From a virus, in the IMG/VR virus record IMGVR_UViG_3300005613_000006, positions 96,001 through 160,000 of that record: 64,000 nucleotides of DNA. One strand, written 5' to 3'. A model generated the notes under the pieces. That model was not told where the DNA came from. It worked only from the letters and a program-made list of their open reading frames with translations, and made no database searches. Position 1 is the first letter of the stretch. Every line of letters starts with the position of its first letter. A program made the translations under genes and the position numbers. Positions 39,311 through 48,405 of the stretch are shown one piece after another.

Positions 39311-40261
39311 CTAGTCATCTTCCGAATGACCGTCATGCACTTTCTGCCCACATTCGTCACAGTTGTCGGGCTTGTAGAGGTAGAATTGATTCTTCCCCTT
39401 GGGTTTGCTGACTTTGCCCTCGGCGTCGTCTTCGGTTGCAGCCGCGCCTTCAATGTTCAGCTTCTTTAGTTCTTCCCACGTTGGGGGTTTCACCTTGGGG
39501 TCAAACAACCAGCTAACACCAGCCTCTTCACCCCACTTCACAAGTTCCCTAACTGGAACCACAAAGTTAAAGGTTTCACCGATGCCCTGTGTTAGCATAC
39601 CCATGTACTGCGGCGTCTGATTCTTCTTCTCAGGGATAATCCAAACCCCGCCGCCTGAGCTACCGGGAAACGCTGGCACGGCAGTTTGGTCGAACACTTG
39701 TTCGTCAAGGATGCGGCCCACTTGCGACAGTGGCCCCTTGGTGATACTGTTCGCACCGATTTGACCTTGCAAAGAACCACAGTGAATCAAGTCAGTACCG
39801 GCCTCTGGAATCTTGTCTCCCAGATAGAACTCGGCGCTACCCTCACCAAAATTCTTCTTCAAAATCAACAGAACGGTAACATCCCTCTCGTTGTCTGCGT
39901 CTGAGTATTTGATGACCTTACAAATCATCTTCTGCTCACCAACAGACCGCCCATCTTCTCGTTCCTCTTTCACAAGACCAAGTTCATCGAACTCAACCAC
40001 CTTGAATTCCTTCCCCTTGATGATGACAGTTCGCACATTGCGCTGGCCGTCTACAACGTGAGCGGCAGAAAGAATGAATGTGGTCGGGCGTTTCGTGCCA
40101 TCCTTCATAGGGATGTCGCGCTTGATAAGAACACCAGACCCCGACCCGCTATCGGTCTTTACCATGACCGAAACCTGTTGGCAATGTACGGACGCCTCGT
40201 CGGCAACCGCCATACCCACTAGTGCTACTAGCACCAGCATTACTCCTAGCAATCTCCTCAT
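39311..40261 (-). CDS. secreted trypsin-like serine protease
   Basis: GSGV, SAAHV, FPGSSGGG. Confidence 0.88.
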   Translation of the reverse strand: MRRLLGVMLVLVALVGMAVADEASVHCQQVSVMVKTDSGSGSGVLIKRDIPMKDGTKRPTTFILSAAHVVDGQRNVRTVIIKGKEFKVVEFDELGLVKEEREDGRSVGEQKMICKVIKYSDADNERDVTVLLILKKNFGEGSAEFYLGDKIPEAGTDLIHCGSLQGQIGANSITKGPLSQVGRILDEQVFDQTAVPAFPGSSGGGVWIIPEKKNQTPQYMGMLTQGIGETFNFVVPVRELVKWGEEAGVSWLFDPKVKPPTWEELKKLNIEGAAATEDDAEGKVSKPKGKNQFYLYKPDNCDECGQKVHDGHSEDD

Positions 40262-40301
40262 ATCAAACTCCTTGTTGAGAAAATCCAGTAACTAGTTACA
40301 G

Positions 40302-40385
40302 TGCCGAAGGAGAGACTCGAACTCTCACGGGATTACTCCCACCACGTTCTGAGCGTGGCGCGTCTGCCAATTCCGCCACAACGGC
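40302..40385 (-). tRNA. tRNA-Leu(CAG)
   Basis: Cloverleaf. Confidence 0.92.
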
Positions 40386-40822
40386 TACTCTTTTTTCATC
40401 ACCACCCGCAAATTGGGGTCATCAAATACATCATCCGGCTTCTTCCACCGAGGGTCAAAGCCGGTTGCTTGCTTGAACGCTTTACGCACTGTGCTAACAC
40501 AGTTCTCCCCCTTGAGAGAGGTGCGCATCCACCGGAAAATCGAGGCATACTTCCGGTACATAGCGCCGACCAAGGTTCGGGCATTTGTCGCCATTTTATT
40601 CCGCACTTCCGCCGGATAATAGCTGCGAAGCACAAGAATTTCGCCATAGCGATGGTAAAAAGTAGGCCAGTCCACGGTGAGTACCGCGTCTGGCCCTGCT
40701 TGTGCCTCTATTATTGTGTCATCGCCCACGAACATGGCTGCGTGATTCCAGTGACCAGGGCTGGTGTTCTTAGCCTCGTCAGCGTGTCTCGTCAGCAGTA
40801 TGTCGCCTACTTCCAAACTCAT
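40385..40822 (-). CDS. permuted papain-like (YiiX/YebB-type) hydrolase
   Basis: GDILL, WNHAAM, ENCVS. Confidence 0.75.
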   Translation of the reverse strand: MSLEVGDILLTRHADEAKNTSPGHWNHAAMFVGDDTIIEAQAGPDAVLTVDWPTFYHRYGEILVLRSYYPAEVRNKMATNARTLVGAMYRKYASIFRWMRTSLKGENCVSTVRKAFKQATGFDPRWKKPDDVFDDPNLRVVMKKE

Positions 40823-40825
40823 AAG

Positions 40826-40898
40826 AGCCCCCATAGGGAATCGAACCCTATTCTCGTCCTTACCAAGGACGCATGTTAACCTTTAGCACCACAGGGGC
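40826..40898 (-). tRNA. tRNA-Thr(GGT)
   Basis: Cloverleaf. Confidence 0.88.
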
Positions 40899-41103
40899 TA
40901 TTCATTTGCTTGATGGCTTGTTCAATGCTCTGCGTTGGCTTTGGTCGTTCGGCCTTTGCCATCTGCTCCATTGTCTTCTTCACCATCAACTTCCGCGCCT
41001 TCTTGAGGGCTTTCGCCGTAGGCCGGTTGGCGTTCAGCTTGCCCCACTCTTTCATGTGGCGCTCATTCTCTTTGCGCTTCTTCTTGTTTGCTTTGCTTCC
41101 CAT
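40876..41103 (-). CDS. small basic protein
   Basis: K/R-rich ORF with SD. Confidence 0.5.
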   Translation of the reverse strand: MGSKANKKKRKENERHMKEWGKLNANRPTAKALKKARKLMVKKTMEQMAKAERPKPTQSIEQAIKQMNSPCGAKG

Positions 41104-41130
41104 TACAATCTCCTGGTTGAAAAAGCAAAG

Positions 41131-41238
41131 GGTGACGAGTAGAATGCAGGACGATGGGAACCTTCTTCCCTTACTTATGAGGAGTCGAACCTCATCAAAA
41201 CAATTTGGAGTTTCATGTAGTCCTAGCTTGCATTCACC
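41131..41238 (-). ncRNA. Y RNA-like RNA 2
   Basis: GGTGAATG...GGACTACATG / GTCCT...CGTCACC; T arm TGAGG-TTCGACT-CCTCA. Confidence 0.7.
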
Positions 41239-41249
41239 CTTTGTCTTAG

Positions 41250-41321
41250 TGGAGCCGAGGGGAATCGAACCCCCAGTCTGCTGGCTGCCAGCCAGATATG
41301 TTCCCGTTACACCACAGCCCC
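41250..41321 (-). tRNA. tRNA-Ala(GGC)
   Basis: Cloverleaf. Confidence 0.9.
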
Positions 41322-41323
41322 AG

Positions 41324-41644
41324 TTATCGCTGTTTCTTACCTCTAACCAAACTTCCTGCCATCAGCGGCATGATTTTGTTTCCTTTGCAGACTTCACAGA
41401 TGACCCAAGTGTGGTCGTTATGAGGTCCGTATCCCTCTTTCACCTTTCCTCGTCCCTTACATTCCTTACAGGTACGGTCCAACGCTACAATCGCTACGCT
41501 GTGTTGAACGCGCGCCGCAAGACATGAATTACACAAATCTGCAAAGCCGTTGCCTTCACCCTTGATTGCTACTTGGTTTGTCTGCTCTTTTGATAGCAAC
41601 TGTTTGCAGTCGTCACAAGTAATCTCAACTATGGTCTTCCTCAT
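41324..41644 (-). CDS. Zn-finger protein (DnaJ-like CxxCxGxG)
   Basis: CKECKGRG, CEVCKG. Confidence 0.65.
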   Translation of the reverse strand: MRKTIVEITCDDCKQLLSKEQTNQVAIKGEGNGFADLCNSCLAARVQHSVAIVALDRTCKECKGRGKVKEGYGPHNDHTWVICEVCKGNKIMPLMAGSLVRGKKQR

Positions 41645-42126
41645 TTGAAAGCCTCGTCCAACAGTAGGTCAACTAGTCCTTTGATTTCCTTATAGACGGT
41701 ACTCTGCACCGTCATGTCAAACTTCTTCGTAGCCTTTGTCTTAATCCATTCCCGAAGGTCGTTGCCAAACTCTGCACTTCGCGCGGCCCAATCACAAACC
41801 AGTTCTGCGAGATACACTCTGGGCATCTTGTGTATGCCGCCCTCCCAGTATTCAGGATGGTGCCCATTTGTGTGTATGTGCTGATAGGTCGCGCCTTCAA
41901 ACGCTTTGGGATTGTTTTCCTTCACGTCGCCGTGAAGATACTCCCATTCAACTCCATGAAACTTGGAGTTGTCGTGCAACTGGCCGTTCGCAATCAGCCG
42001 ATGCCCCAGTTTGAGTTCGCCTTTCTCTATCAGACGTTCACCTAGAACCTGACAGTTCTTCCTTACGTTGTCAATGTGTCTCAACAAAACCTTGCGCCGT
42101 TTCGCATACGACTCTGGTTCGTTCAT
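41641..42126 (-). CDS. HD-like phage protein (DUF5662-like)
   Basis: HDNSK, NGHHPEYW, ELVCDW. Confidence 0.75.
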   Translation of the reverse strand: MNEPESYAKRRKVLLRHIDNVRKNCQVLGERLIEKGELKLGHRLIANGQLHDNSKFHGVEWEYLHGDVKENNPKAFEGATYQHIHTNGHHPEYWEGGIHKMPRVYLAELVCDWAARSAEFGNDLREWIKTKATKKFDMTVQSTVYKEIKGLVDLLLDEAFK

Positions 42127-42161
42127 TGGAATCCCTTCTACATAGGGTATCAAATCTCAAG

Positions 42162-42231
42162 AGCCCACGCCGAGAATCGAACTCGGAACCGTTCTTTACG
42201 GGAGAACAGTAAGTCCCAACTTTACGCGGGC
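42162..42231 (-). tRNA. tRNA-Thr(CGT), C33
   Basis: GTTCT-CCCGTAA-AGAAC. Confidence 0.75.
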
Positions 42232-42268
42232 AAGTGGGCCTGGAGGCGCTCGCATCCTCCTCCATGAG

Positions 42269-42341
42269 TGGAAGCCCTCGGAATCGAACCGAATCCTGTG
42301 GCTTTTCAGACCACCGTACAGACCACTTATACAAGACCTCC
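42269..42341 (-). tRNA. tRNA-Phe(GAA)
   Basis: Cloverleaf. Confidence 0.85.
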
Positions 42342-42346
42342 AAAGG

Positions 42347-42432
42347 CGGAAGTGGGGGGAATCGAACCCTAACCGACCGTTTTACCGGCGACTGTTTTCA
42401 GGACAGTTTAGCACCCAACTGCACTCACTTCC
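42347..42432 (-). tRNA. tRNA-Ser(TGA), C33
   Basis: Long V arm; paralog of tRNA at 43130. Confidence 0.8.
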
Positions 42433-42808
42433 GTAGTTTGTGTGATTCAAATTTATTGAGTCGCACTTCGTTTTTGGTTGTTATCTCTGCCCGAGGGATA
42501 GAGTAACAATCTCCGTTGTCACAAAGAACAAACAGTAGGTCGCATCCATGACCAAAGGTGGTGATTTTGTTCTCTGTCTTGTTTGGTCTCACAGTCTTAA
42601 CCTGAACAACATAGTGTTCATTGCGTTTATACTTGGTCGTTTTCACCTGGACGCGGAGAAACTCTTCATCCTTTTCAACTACCAAATCGTATTCCTGATT
42701 GTCAATCAGCGGGACCAGGACTGTGAAGCCCAATCTTTGGTACTGAAAGATGGCCGCAGCCATGCCAACAGCGCCTTGTTCAACCGTGGTTTTTATGTGT
42801 TCAAACAT
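42425..42808 (-). CDS. PD-(D/E)XK homing endonuclease (I-Ssp6803I-like)
   Basis: YDLVVE...RVQVKT. Confidence 0.85.
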   Translation of the reverse strand: MFEHIKTTVEQGAVGMAAAIFQYQRLGFTVLVPLIDNQEYDLVVEKDEEFLRVQVKTTKYKRNEHYVVQVKTVRPNKTENKITTFGHGCDLLFVLCDNGDCYSIPRAEITTKNEVRLNKFESHKLRK

Positions 42809-42869
42809 AGCAGTTTCCTTTTTACTATATTATACACCAAAAGGCGGTTTAGACTACCGTTTTCACCCT

Positions 42870-43109
42870 TCAAACCCACTCACTACCATCATCGCTCTTT
42901 TTGCGTTTTGGCTTTGGCTTTGGCTTACACAAACACTTTGGCAACTTTACATCAATGTCAATCTCCATATTCATTTCCAGAGATTGGGTTTGTGTGTTAT
43001 ATCGAAGGTTGTCATCCTTCTTTGCCATTTCTTCCAGCGTCTTAGCGCTAAAGGAATCACCAGTGCATGTCAAGACACCGGCTTTCAAAATCACAGTCCA
43101 CACGTTCAT
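42870..43109 (-). CDS. hypothetical protein
   Basis: ORF with SD. Confidence 0.5.
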   Translation of the reverse strand: MNVWTVILKAGVLTCTGDSFSAKTLEEMAKKDDNLRYNTQTQSLEMNMEIDIDVKLPKCLCKPKPKPKRKKSDDGSEWV

Positions 43110-43129
43110 GCGTTATCCTTTCTATTGAG

Positions 43130-43214
43130 CGGAAGATGGGGGAATCGAACCCGACCGACCGTTTTACCGGCAACTGTTTTCGAGACAGCTTAGCACCCAA
43201 CTGCATTATCTTCC
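43130..43214 (-). tRNA. tRNA-Ser(CGA)
   Basis: Long V arm. Confidence 0.85.
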
Positions 43215-43282
43215 ACAGAACCGTTTTTGATATGGATGAACGGCAACACCCTATGCGCAGCGTCTAACTTCTGCGTCTGTAC

Positions 43283-43582
43283 TTATAGTCCAAATTGGAA
43301 ATTCCATCCATTGCGGCCTCGGTATTGAAAATACCAGTTGTACCTACCGTAGTACGGATTGTAGTAATACTGGTATCTGTAGTCGTATGGTTGATACGGC
43401 ATCCGGTAGTAGTACGTTGGCGGCACCACGATTGGCGGATACATATATGGCTGCGGTTGCACATGAGCGTGTGGGTTTGGACAAGGCGGTGCCTTGTGAC
43501 CATGCCCAGGTTGTTGGGCAAGCGCCATCCCACTAAGGCAGACTACTAGTATCATCGCAGCTATCGCTGTAAGCAATCTCAT
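43283..43582 (-). CDS. small secreted Pro/Tyr-rich protein
   Basis: Signal peptide; Y/P-rich; ends FQFGL. Confidence 0.6.
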   Translation of the reverse strand: MRLLTAIAAMILVVCLSGMALAQQPGHGHKAPPCPNPHAHVQPQPYMYPPIVVPPTYYYRMPYQPYDYRYQYYYNPYYGRYNWYFQYRGRNGWNFQFGL

Positions 43583-44034
43583 TCGTTCTTCCTCTTATAC
43601 AGACCATTGTGCCACTTGACAAACTCACTCTTCGTCATGTAGCCGCTAGTTTGCCCCTTGATTGTTTGTTGTACCTTTTCGTCCCACTGTGTCACGTAGA
43701 TGGTAGGAACGTCTCCATCCCAAAGTTTGGCCTTCTTGTATGAATCGGCCACGGGCCTCTCTTTATCTATGTCCACATAGTAGACGATGTATCTTTCTCT
43801 CAGCTTCGGAAGTAGTGGAGCAATCTCTTTCTTGAGTTGCTTACACGGTGTACACCAGTCAGCAGTCAACAGAATCAGCATCGGCTTCTTCTGTTCGTAG
43901 GCCGTCGCCCACGCCTTGCCGTAACTCTCTTGTTCATTCACCTTATCCGCGCTAAGCGCTATCATAATGCCCGCAAATAAAACGAGAGCTAACCAAGTTG
44001 TAAGGCCGACCCAAAAGTTAACTCTGTTTCTCAT
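43579..44034 (-). CDS. exported thioredoxin-like protein
   Basis: ADWCTPC. Confidence 0.85.
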   Translation of the reverse strand: MRNRVNFWVGLTTWLALVLFAGIMIALSADKVNEQESYGKAWATAYEQKKPMLILLTADWCTPCKQLKKEIAPLLPKLRERYIVYYVDIDKERPVADSYKKAKLWDGDVPTIYVTQWDEKVQQTIKGQTSGYMTKSEFVKWHNGLYKRKNE

Positions 44035-44056
44035 GTTTCCCCTTTTGAAAAACGAT

Positions 44057-44188
44057 GGCGACAAGGGGTAAAAGGACTAGTTTTACGCGCTCTGCCAGTT
44101 AAGCTACCCCCTGTCGAAGTCAGGGGAGTGGGACTCGGACCCACATCTTCGGGTTATCAAGACCATGTAATCCTAAACGTCATTCGCC
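44057..44188 (-). ncRNA. YrlA-like Y RNA with permuted tRNA module
   Basis: GGCGAATG...GGATTACATG / GTCCT...TTGTCGCC enclosing T arm, looped acceptor stem (TCCCCTG/CAGGGGG) and D arm. Confidence 0.85.
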
Positions 44189-44536
44189 GTCGTTTGGTTC
44201 GTATCGGTAATCGGGGTCGTCACTTGGATAGCGTAGTTCTATCACCCTGCGACCCTCACGAAGTTTTTTCAGCAACGTCGCAATAGTTGCCTGGGCCACT
44301 GGTCCAAGTCCTACTTCTGCTTCCTCTGCCAAATCATCCAACAGTCTCGTATCAATCGCAACGTGCAACTCTTCAAACTCGGGACCAGTCCCGTCGTCTG
44401 GAAGGTCCACAATATCCCATTCCAGGTTGTTGTGGTCTACCATGCTCTTGACTTGATTCCTTCCTTCAAGCACCGCATGGTGCCGACTATGCACCATGAA
44501 CGATGTAGCGAAAGGAAACAGTCTGATACGATACAT
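44180..44536 (-). CDS. hypothetical protein
   Basis: ORF with GGAGG SD. Confidence 0.6.
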   Translation of the reverse strand: MYRIRLFPFATSFMVHSRHHAVLEGRNQVKSMVDHNNLEWDIVDLPDDGTGPEFEELHVAIDTRLLDDLAEEAEVGLGPVAQATIATLLKKLREGRRVIELRYPSDDPDYRYEPNDGE

Positions 44537-44552
44537 GTTCTTACCTCCAAGG

Positions 44553-44625
44553 GGTGACCGAGGGGATTTGAACCCCGCTCTTGCTGATTCACAGTCAGCC
44601 GTGCAACCGTTACACTACGGCCACC
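44553..44625 (-). tRNA. tRNA-His(GTG)
   Basis: G-1:C73. Confidence 0.92.
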
Positions 44626-44629
44626 ATAT

Positions 44630-45403
44630 TTAACACTTAGCGTTTACCCATCGTTCACCTGGCCAATCCCCAATATCTATGCCGTCTGCCTCTGGATTCA
44701 TCCACAAACTAAACACACTCAAGTTCGACGCCGCGCGAATTATCATACGACACTTGCTCAATGCGTAAGCATCAGCCAAACACTCTACTCCATGTCGATG
44801 TTTGTCGAGGCGGTCGTCGTAGTGTAGACCTATTGGCGACGAAAGACCTTCATTATTTCGCTGTACATTTAACGCCTGCACTTTTGACCCATATATCTGT
44901 TGTAATTGACTTAGAGCCTCCAGGCTGTCAGACGCCACAAATATGTTGTCATAGTTATCTATGACTTTATCAATCTCAGCGATATATCTCTTCATGTGCG
45001 GGTTGAAGGCTATCTTGTCAGTAAATCTTATGTGTACACCCAATGTGTTGTTTAGATTCAACTGTCTTAGACAAGTCTGAATGTAGTCATTAACTTTGGG
45101 TTGCAAAGTCACGTTTTCTTTGTAAAGAGTCCTCATTACTTTGCGGTTGACTTCTTGCATCCCATCCCAACCATAAAATCGTGGACGCCCAGGATTAACA
45201 TGCTCAAAATCTATCCCAGTATAGATTGGTTTGAAGAACTGCTCCCAGCCATTTGGGGTGTGCTTATCCCAGTATTGAAACCCACCACGCCAAAAAGGAA
45301 CTGGCATCAAGTTTTCACGTCTTGCACACTGAATTCCGTTTAATACAGAGTGCAGTTCTGAAAAAAAGCCTGATTGACGATTGGTGATAAACACTGGTTG
45401 CAT
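44630..45403 (-). CDS. NodZ-like fucosyltransferase
   Basis: GFFSEL, GVHIRFTDK, FVASD, SNLS. Confidence 0.82.
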   Translation of the reverse strand: MQPVFITNRQSGFFSELHSVLNGIQCARRENLMPVPFWRGGFQYWDKHTPNGWEQFFKPIYTGIDFEHVNPGRPRFYGWDGMQEVNRKVMRTLYKENVTLQPKVNDYIQTCLRQLNLNNTLGVHIRFTDKIAFNPHMKRYIAEIDKVIDNYDNIFVASDSLEALSQLQQIYGSKVQALNVQRNNEGLSSPIGLHYDDRLDKHRHGVECLADAYALSKCRMIIRAASNLSVFSLWMNPEADGIDIGDWPGERWVNAKC

Positions 45404-45419
45404 GGCTTCCCCCCACAAG

Positions 45420-45492
45420 CATACGCCCGATGAATCGAACCCCGCCACGGAGATTTGGAGTCTCTGTCGCCTGCCTTGGAACATTGGCGTAT
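45420..45492 (-). tRNA. tRNA-Trp(CCA), imperfect T stem
   Basis: AGAGA-CTCCAAA-TCTCC. Confidence 0.7.
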
Positions 45493-45560
45493 GTAAAACG
45501 TCGTTTGCTTGCATTCGCAGATTTGTTTTTGCCCCAGGTTTTTCGTGGTCTGCTTTCTTA

Positions 45561-45929
45561 CTATTTTCGTTTGTGTTTTGCGCGGTCGTCGTCCCACACG
45601 TTGCCGTCGTGAATTACCAGATGGCAGTTGGCGCACACTACGTCGCACTTATCAATCTCTGTTTGGATGCGCTGAATAGATGACCTGTTGTTGACTAAGT
45701 GACTAATTTTGTCGTCTTTCTTAGAAGCATCCCGATGATGAAACTGCAAACATTGCCAGCGACCTTCGCCGCACTGCGTACACTTCACATCATCGCGCTG
45801 TTTGTAGGACCGCACATATTGTCTGTTGCGTTCCAATCTGGCCTTGTCACGGGCCTTGTACTCAGCTTTGTTGGCATCATAATGACGCCGTTGGGCACTC
45901 TTCTGCTCATTTTTGTTTTTGAATGGCAT
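45561..45929 (-). CDS. small HNH endonuclease
   Basis: CLQFHHRD...KCDVVCANCH. Confidence 0.88.
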   Translation of the reverse strand: MPFKNKNEQKSAQRRHYDANKAEYKARDKARLERNRQYVRSYKQRDDVKCTQCGEGRWQCLQFHHRDASKKDDKISHLVNNRSSIQRIQTEIDKCDVVCANCHLVIHDGNVWDDDRAKHKRK

Positions 45930-45995
45930 GGCATATTCCTCCAAGAGATTATACACCAAATTCAGGATTGAGCGGCAGAAAATCGCTCAAACCTA

Positions 45996-46066
45996 CGAGA
46001 CCGAGGGGATTTGAACCCCCACTAAAGGATAGACAGTCCATCGTGCTACCATTACACTACGGCCCC
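45996..46066 (-). tRNA. tRNA-Asp(GTC)
   Basis: Cloverleaf. Confidence 0.88.
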
Positions 46067-46082
46067 AATTTACCAATCCAAG

Positions 46083-46155
46083 TAGCGAGAGTGGGACTCG
46101 AACCCACAGCATCCCAGTGTTTGAAACTAGGTGGTCTGCCGTTGCCTATCTCGCC
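46083..46155 (-). tRNA. tRNA-Leu(CAA), short variable loop
   Basis: Cloverleaf. Confidence 0.8.
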
Positions 46156-46187
46156 GTGGGCAGGATTACAAGTCCTGCCGTGTCTGC

Positions 46188-46427
46188 TTATACAGGAGGT
46201 TCTTCCTCAATAGCAATCTGCACCAAGTCAGCTTCAACTTGCGTCAACTCTGCCTCCGCTTTCAACTGCTCTCTAGCCTTCTGGCTTTCAAGGTTGCGAA
46301 TATGAGCCTCAAGTTGGGCTTTGCGAGTTGTTAGTTGTTCAGCGCTAACATAGCGAATATCGCCATCGTCAGCCGTAACCTTCCACTTGCCGTGTTCTGG
46401 TCGTTCATCAACCCAAACGTCTGCCAT
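46188..46427 (-). CDS. small coiled-coil protein
   Basis: ORF. Confidence 0.6.
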   Translation of the reverse strand: MADVWVDERPEHGKWKVTADDGDIRYVSAEQLTTRKAQLEAHIRNLESQKAREQLKAEAELTQVEADLVQIAIEEEPPV

Positions 46428-46473
46428 AGTAATCTCTCTCTCTGTTACGAATTTGGAAATTGCAATTCACCAG

Positions 46474-46546
46474 TAGCGTCGGTGAGACTCGAACTCACAG
46501 CATTCCTGGGTTTAAGCCTGGATGGTCTGCCATTGCCTACGACGCC
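46474..46546 (-). tRNA. tRNA-Leu(TAA), short variable loop
   Basis: Cloverleaf. Confidence 0.78.
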
Positions 46547-46552
46547 GCAAAG

Positions 46553-46627
46553 TAGTGAGGATGGGACTCGAACCCACACTGTCTAGTTCCTAAGACTAGT
46601 GCCTCCTGCCAATTGGGCTACCTCACC
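46553..46627 (-). tRNA. tRNA-Leu(TAG), short variable loop
   Basis: Cloverleaf. Confidence 0.85.
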
Positions 46628-46689
46628 GTGCGACCAGCGCGCGCAGTACCATACCGTGGCGGGAATCGAACCCGCTTTTACTGGTCAAG

Positions 46690-46763
46690 TCGGGGAGGTC
46701 AGATTTGAACTGACGATTTCCTGCTCCCAAAGCAGGCGGGATACCAGACTTCCCCACACCCCG
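46690..46763 (-). tRNA. tRNA-Pro(TGG)
   Basis: Cloverleaf. Confidence 0.92.
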
Positions 46764-46764
46764 A

Positions 46765-47232
46765 TTATACACCGCATTGAGGATAATGCAACTCAGCATG
46801 ACAATTCTTGCATACTAAATCACACTTATCCAACTCCCTTAGTATTGTTTCAAACTTTCTATGTCTCAGCAATTTCCAGTCAGGGTCTTTCTTTTGCGGG
46901 TCACGATGATGAAAGTCCAACGCCGCGATATTCTTGTTGTAGCCGCAATGAATACACTCGCCCCCTTTGTATTCGATAGCCTTTTGCTTATAGCTAATGT
47001 ATCTATCAACCTGTCTGCGAGACCGGCATTTCTTACAAGAAGTAAATCTACCCGCACTAAACTTGGATTTTCTGGTTTCTCCACAGTGTCGGCATTGATA
47101 CTTCTTGCGTGTTGTTAACTCAAACTTATTGAGCCAATACCTAATAGTCGTTTGTGAAACGCCGAGAGTTTGTGCAATTTGTCTCTGTGTTAAACCCTCT
47201 TCTACTAGTTGAGCCAACGTATCTTTGTGCAT
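46765..47232 (-). CDS. HTH + small HNH endonuclease
   Basis: TQRQIAQTLGVSQTT; ALDFHHRD...CKNCH. Confidence 0.88.
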   Translation of the reverse strand: MHKDTLAQLVEEGLTQRQIAQTLGVSQTTIRYWLNKFELTTRKKYQCRHCGETRKSKFSAGRFTSCKKCRSRRQVDRYISYKQKAIEYKGGECIHCGYNKNIAALDFHHRDPQKKDPDWKLLRHRKFETILRELDKCDLVCKNCHAELHYPQCGV

Positions 47233-47364
47233 AACATAGCTCCTTTCTACTATATTATACACCATATTTCATTTGGAAATCAAGTAAATTTTCCAAAATG
47301 AGCTAAAACGCCACTGTTTGCGGCAAGTGGCCAGCCGTCCTTGTCGATGCCTCCTGCACAGAGG

Positions 47365-47973
47365 CTACTGCTTACGCAGTATGTGGCTTACGCCAATGTC
47401 TTTATCGGACCACCAGACTACCTCGGTCCCTTCGGCAACAAACACCCACCATTCCCTTGGCTTGTCCCACTTCTTAATCTTCCATCCATAGATGGGACGG
47501 CGAACCGTGTAATACTCCGTGGTAGTCTTTCGTTTATTCCCACTGCCCTTTCGGACCTTACGTTCTTTTACAACGACCTTCCAACCAGTAATCGTATAGA
47601 CTTTCTGATAGGTTTGGACTCGTTTCTCACGATGGCCTAGTGACCGGACTCGATGTGGGATATTGTGTTCTTCTAGGTAGTCTTCCAAAAGCTGTTCGTC
47701 TTCGCGAAACCTCCAACTCCATCGTGGCCAAGGGCGAACCGGAAACACCATTCGGTGTTTCTTGCCTCGACCGCCGCAGCGGTATTGTTTTGCTCGTTTC
47801 ACCTTCCAGGTCTTCTGGTGACAGCATGGGTAGTCGTCCCAAGGGTCAGGAAGCATCGCTGGGCGGCGTCTGCCGCGAACGTAGGGAAGATGCTCGGGGT
47901 CGCTGTTTGCCCGGCGTTCGGGCGTGGTCTTAACCCCTCTGTACCACTTCTGAAACTTCGTTTTGTCGCGCAT
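47365..47973 (-). CDS. basic hypothetical protein (LPDPWDD family)
   Basis: RGRRRPAMLPDPWDD. Confidence 0.7.
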   Translation of the reverse strand: MRDKTKFQKWYRGVKTTPERRANSDPEHLPYVRGRRRPAMLPDPWDDYPCCHQKTWKVKRAKQYRCGGRGKKHRMVFPVRPWPRWSWRFREDEQLLEDYLEEHNIPHRVRSLGHREKRVQTYQKVYTITGWKVVVKERKVRKGSGNKRKTTTEYYTVRRPIYGWKIKKWDKPREWWVFVAEGTEVVWWSDKDIGVSHILRKQ

Positions 47974-48063
47974 GTTTCCTCCACAAGTAAGGTTTTGTTA
48001 GAACATACTAACGCCTGTTACTTGTGGAAATAATGGATTGACTGGTCATGCTTTCGCTCCAGA

Positions 48064-48405
48064 CTATGGTGGTAGTACCAACTTCTTCGACGGCTTGACG
48101 ATTTGTTTCTCGCCCCAGCACCGTTCTTTGTACCCCTTCGCTAGTCCCTCTTTGGCCGTTGCCACGTACAGCACCTTGTCAGCGCCGATAGTCACTTGGT
48201 CTTCCTCGGTCAGTGCGATGAAGTCTATCAGGCCGCATTCCCCAGATTGTGGATTCACGAATACAATCTGTGGTTTGATAAGCGTGATAGAGTCGTCAGC
48301 ATCCGAGGGGTCAACTTTGGCAATGACCTCTTCGCCGCTCACCAGCTTGACAATCGCTATAAATGGTTCCGCCACGATTACATCCTCTCTGCTGTCTTTC
48401 CTCAT
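48064..48405 (-). CDS. Sm-like fold phage protein
   Basis: IVKLVSGEEVIAKV. Confidence 0.65.
   Translation of the reverse strand: MRKDSREDVIVAEPFIAIVKLVSGEEVIAKVDPSDADDSITLIKPQIVFVNPQSGECGLIDFIALTEEDQVTIGADKVLYVATAKEGLAKGYKERCWGEKQIVKPSKKLVLPP

Noticed and set aside
46553-46627. Amber suppressor tRNA or recoded genetic code
   Set aside because: The anticodon is TAG (Leu), not CTA. Conserved genes terminate normally at TAG, TGA and TAA under code 11.
46764-46773. GGTGTATAAT as the promoter for tRNA-Pro
   Set aside because: It abuts the tRNA 5' end, so the start site would fall inside the tRNA. It may serve downstream genes or be incidental to the HNH stop codon.
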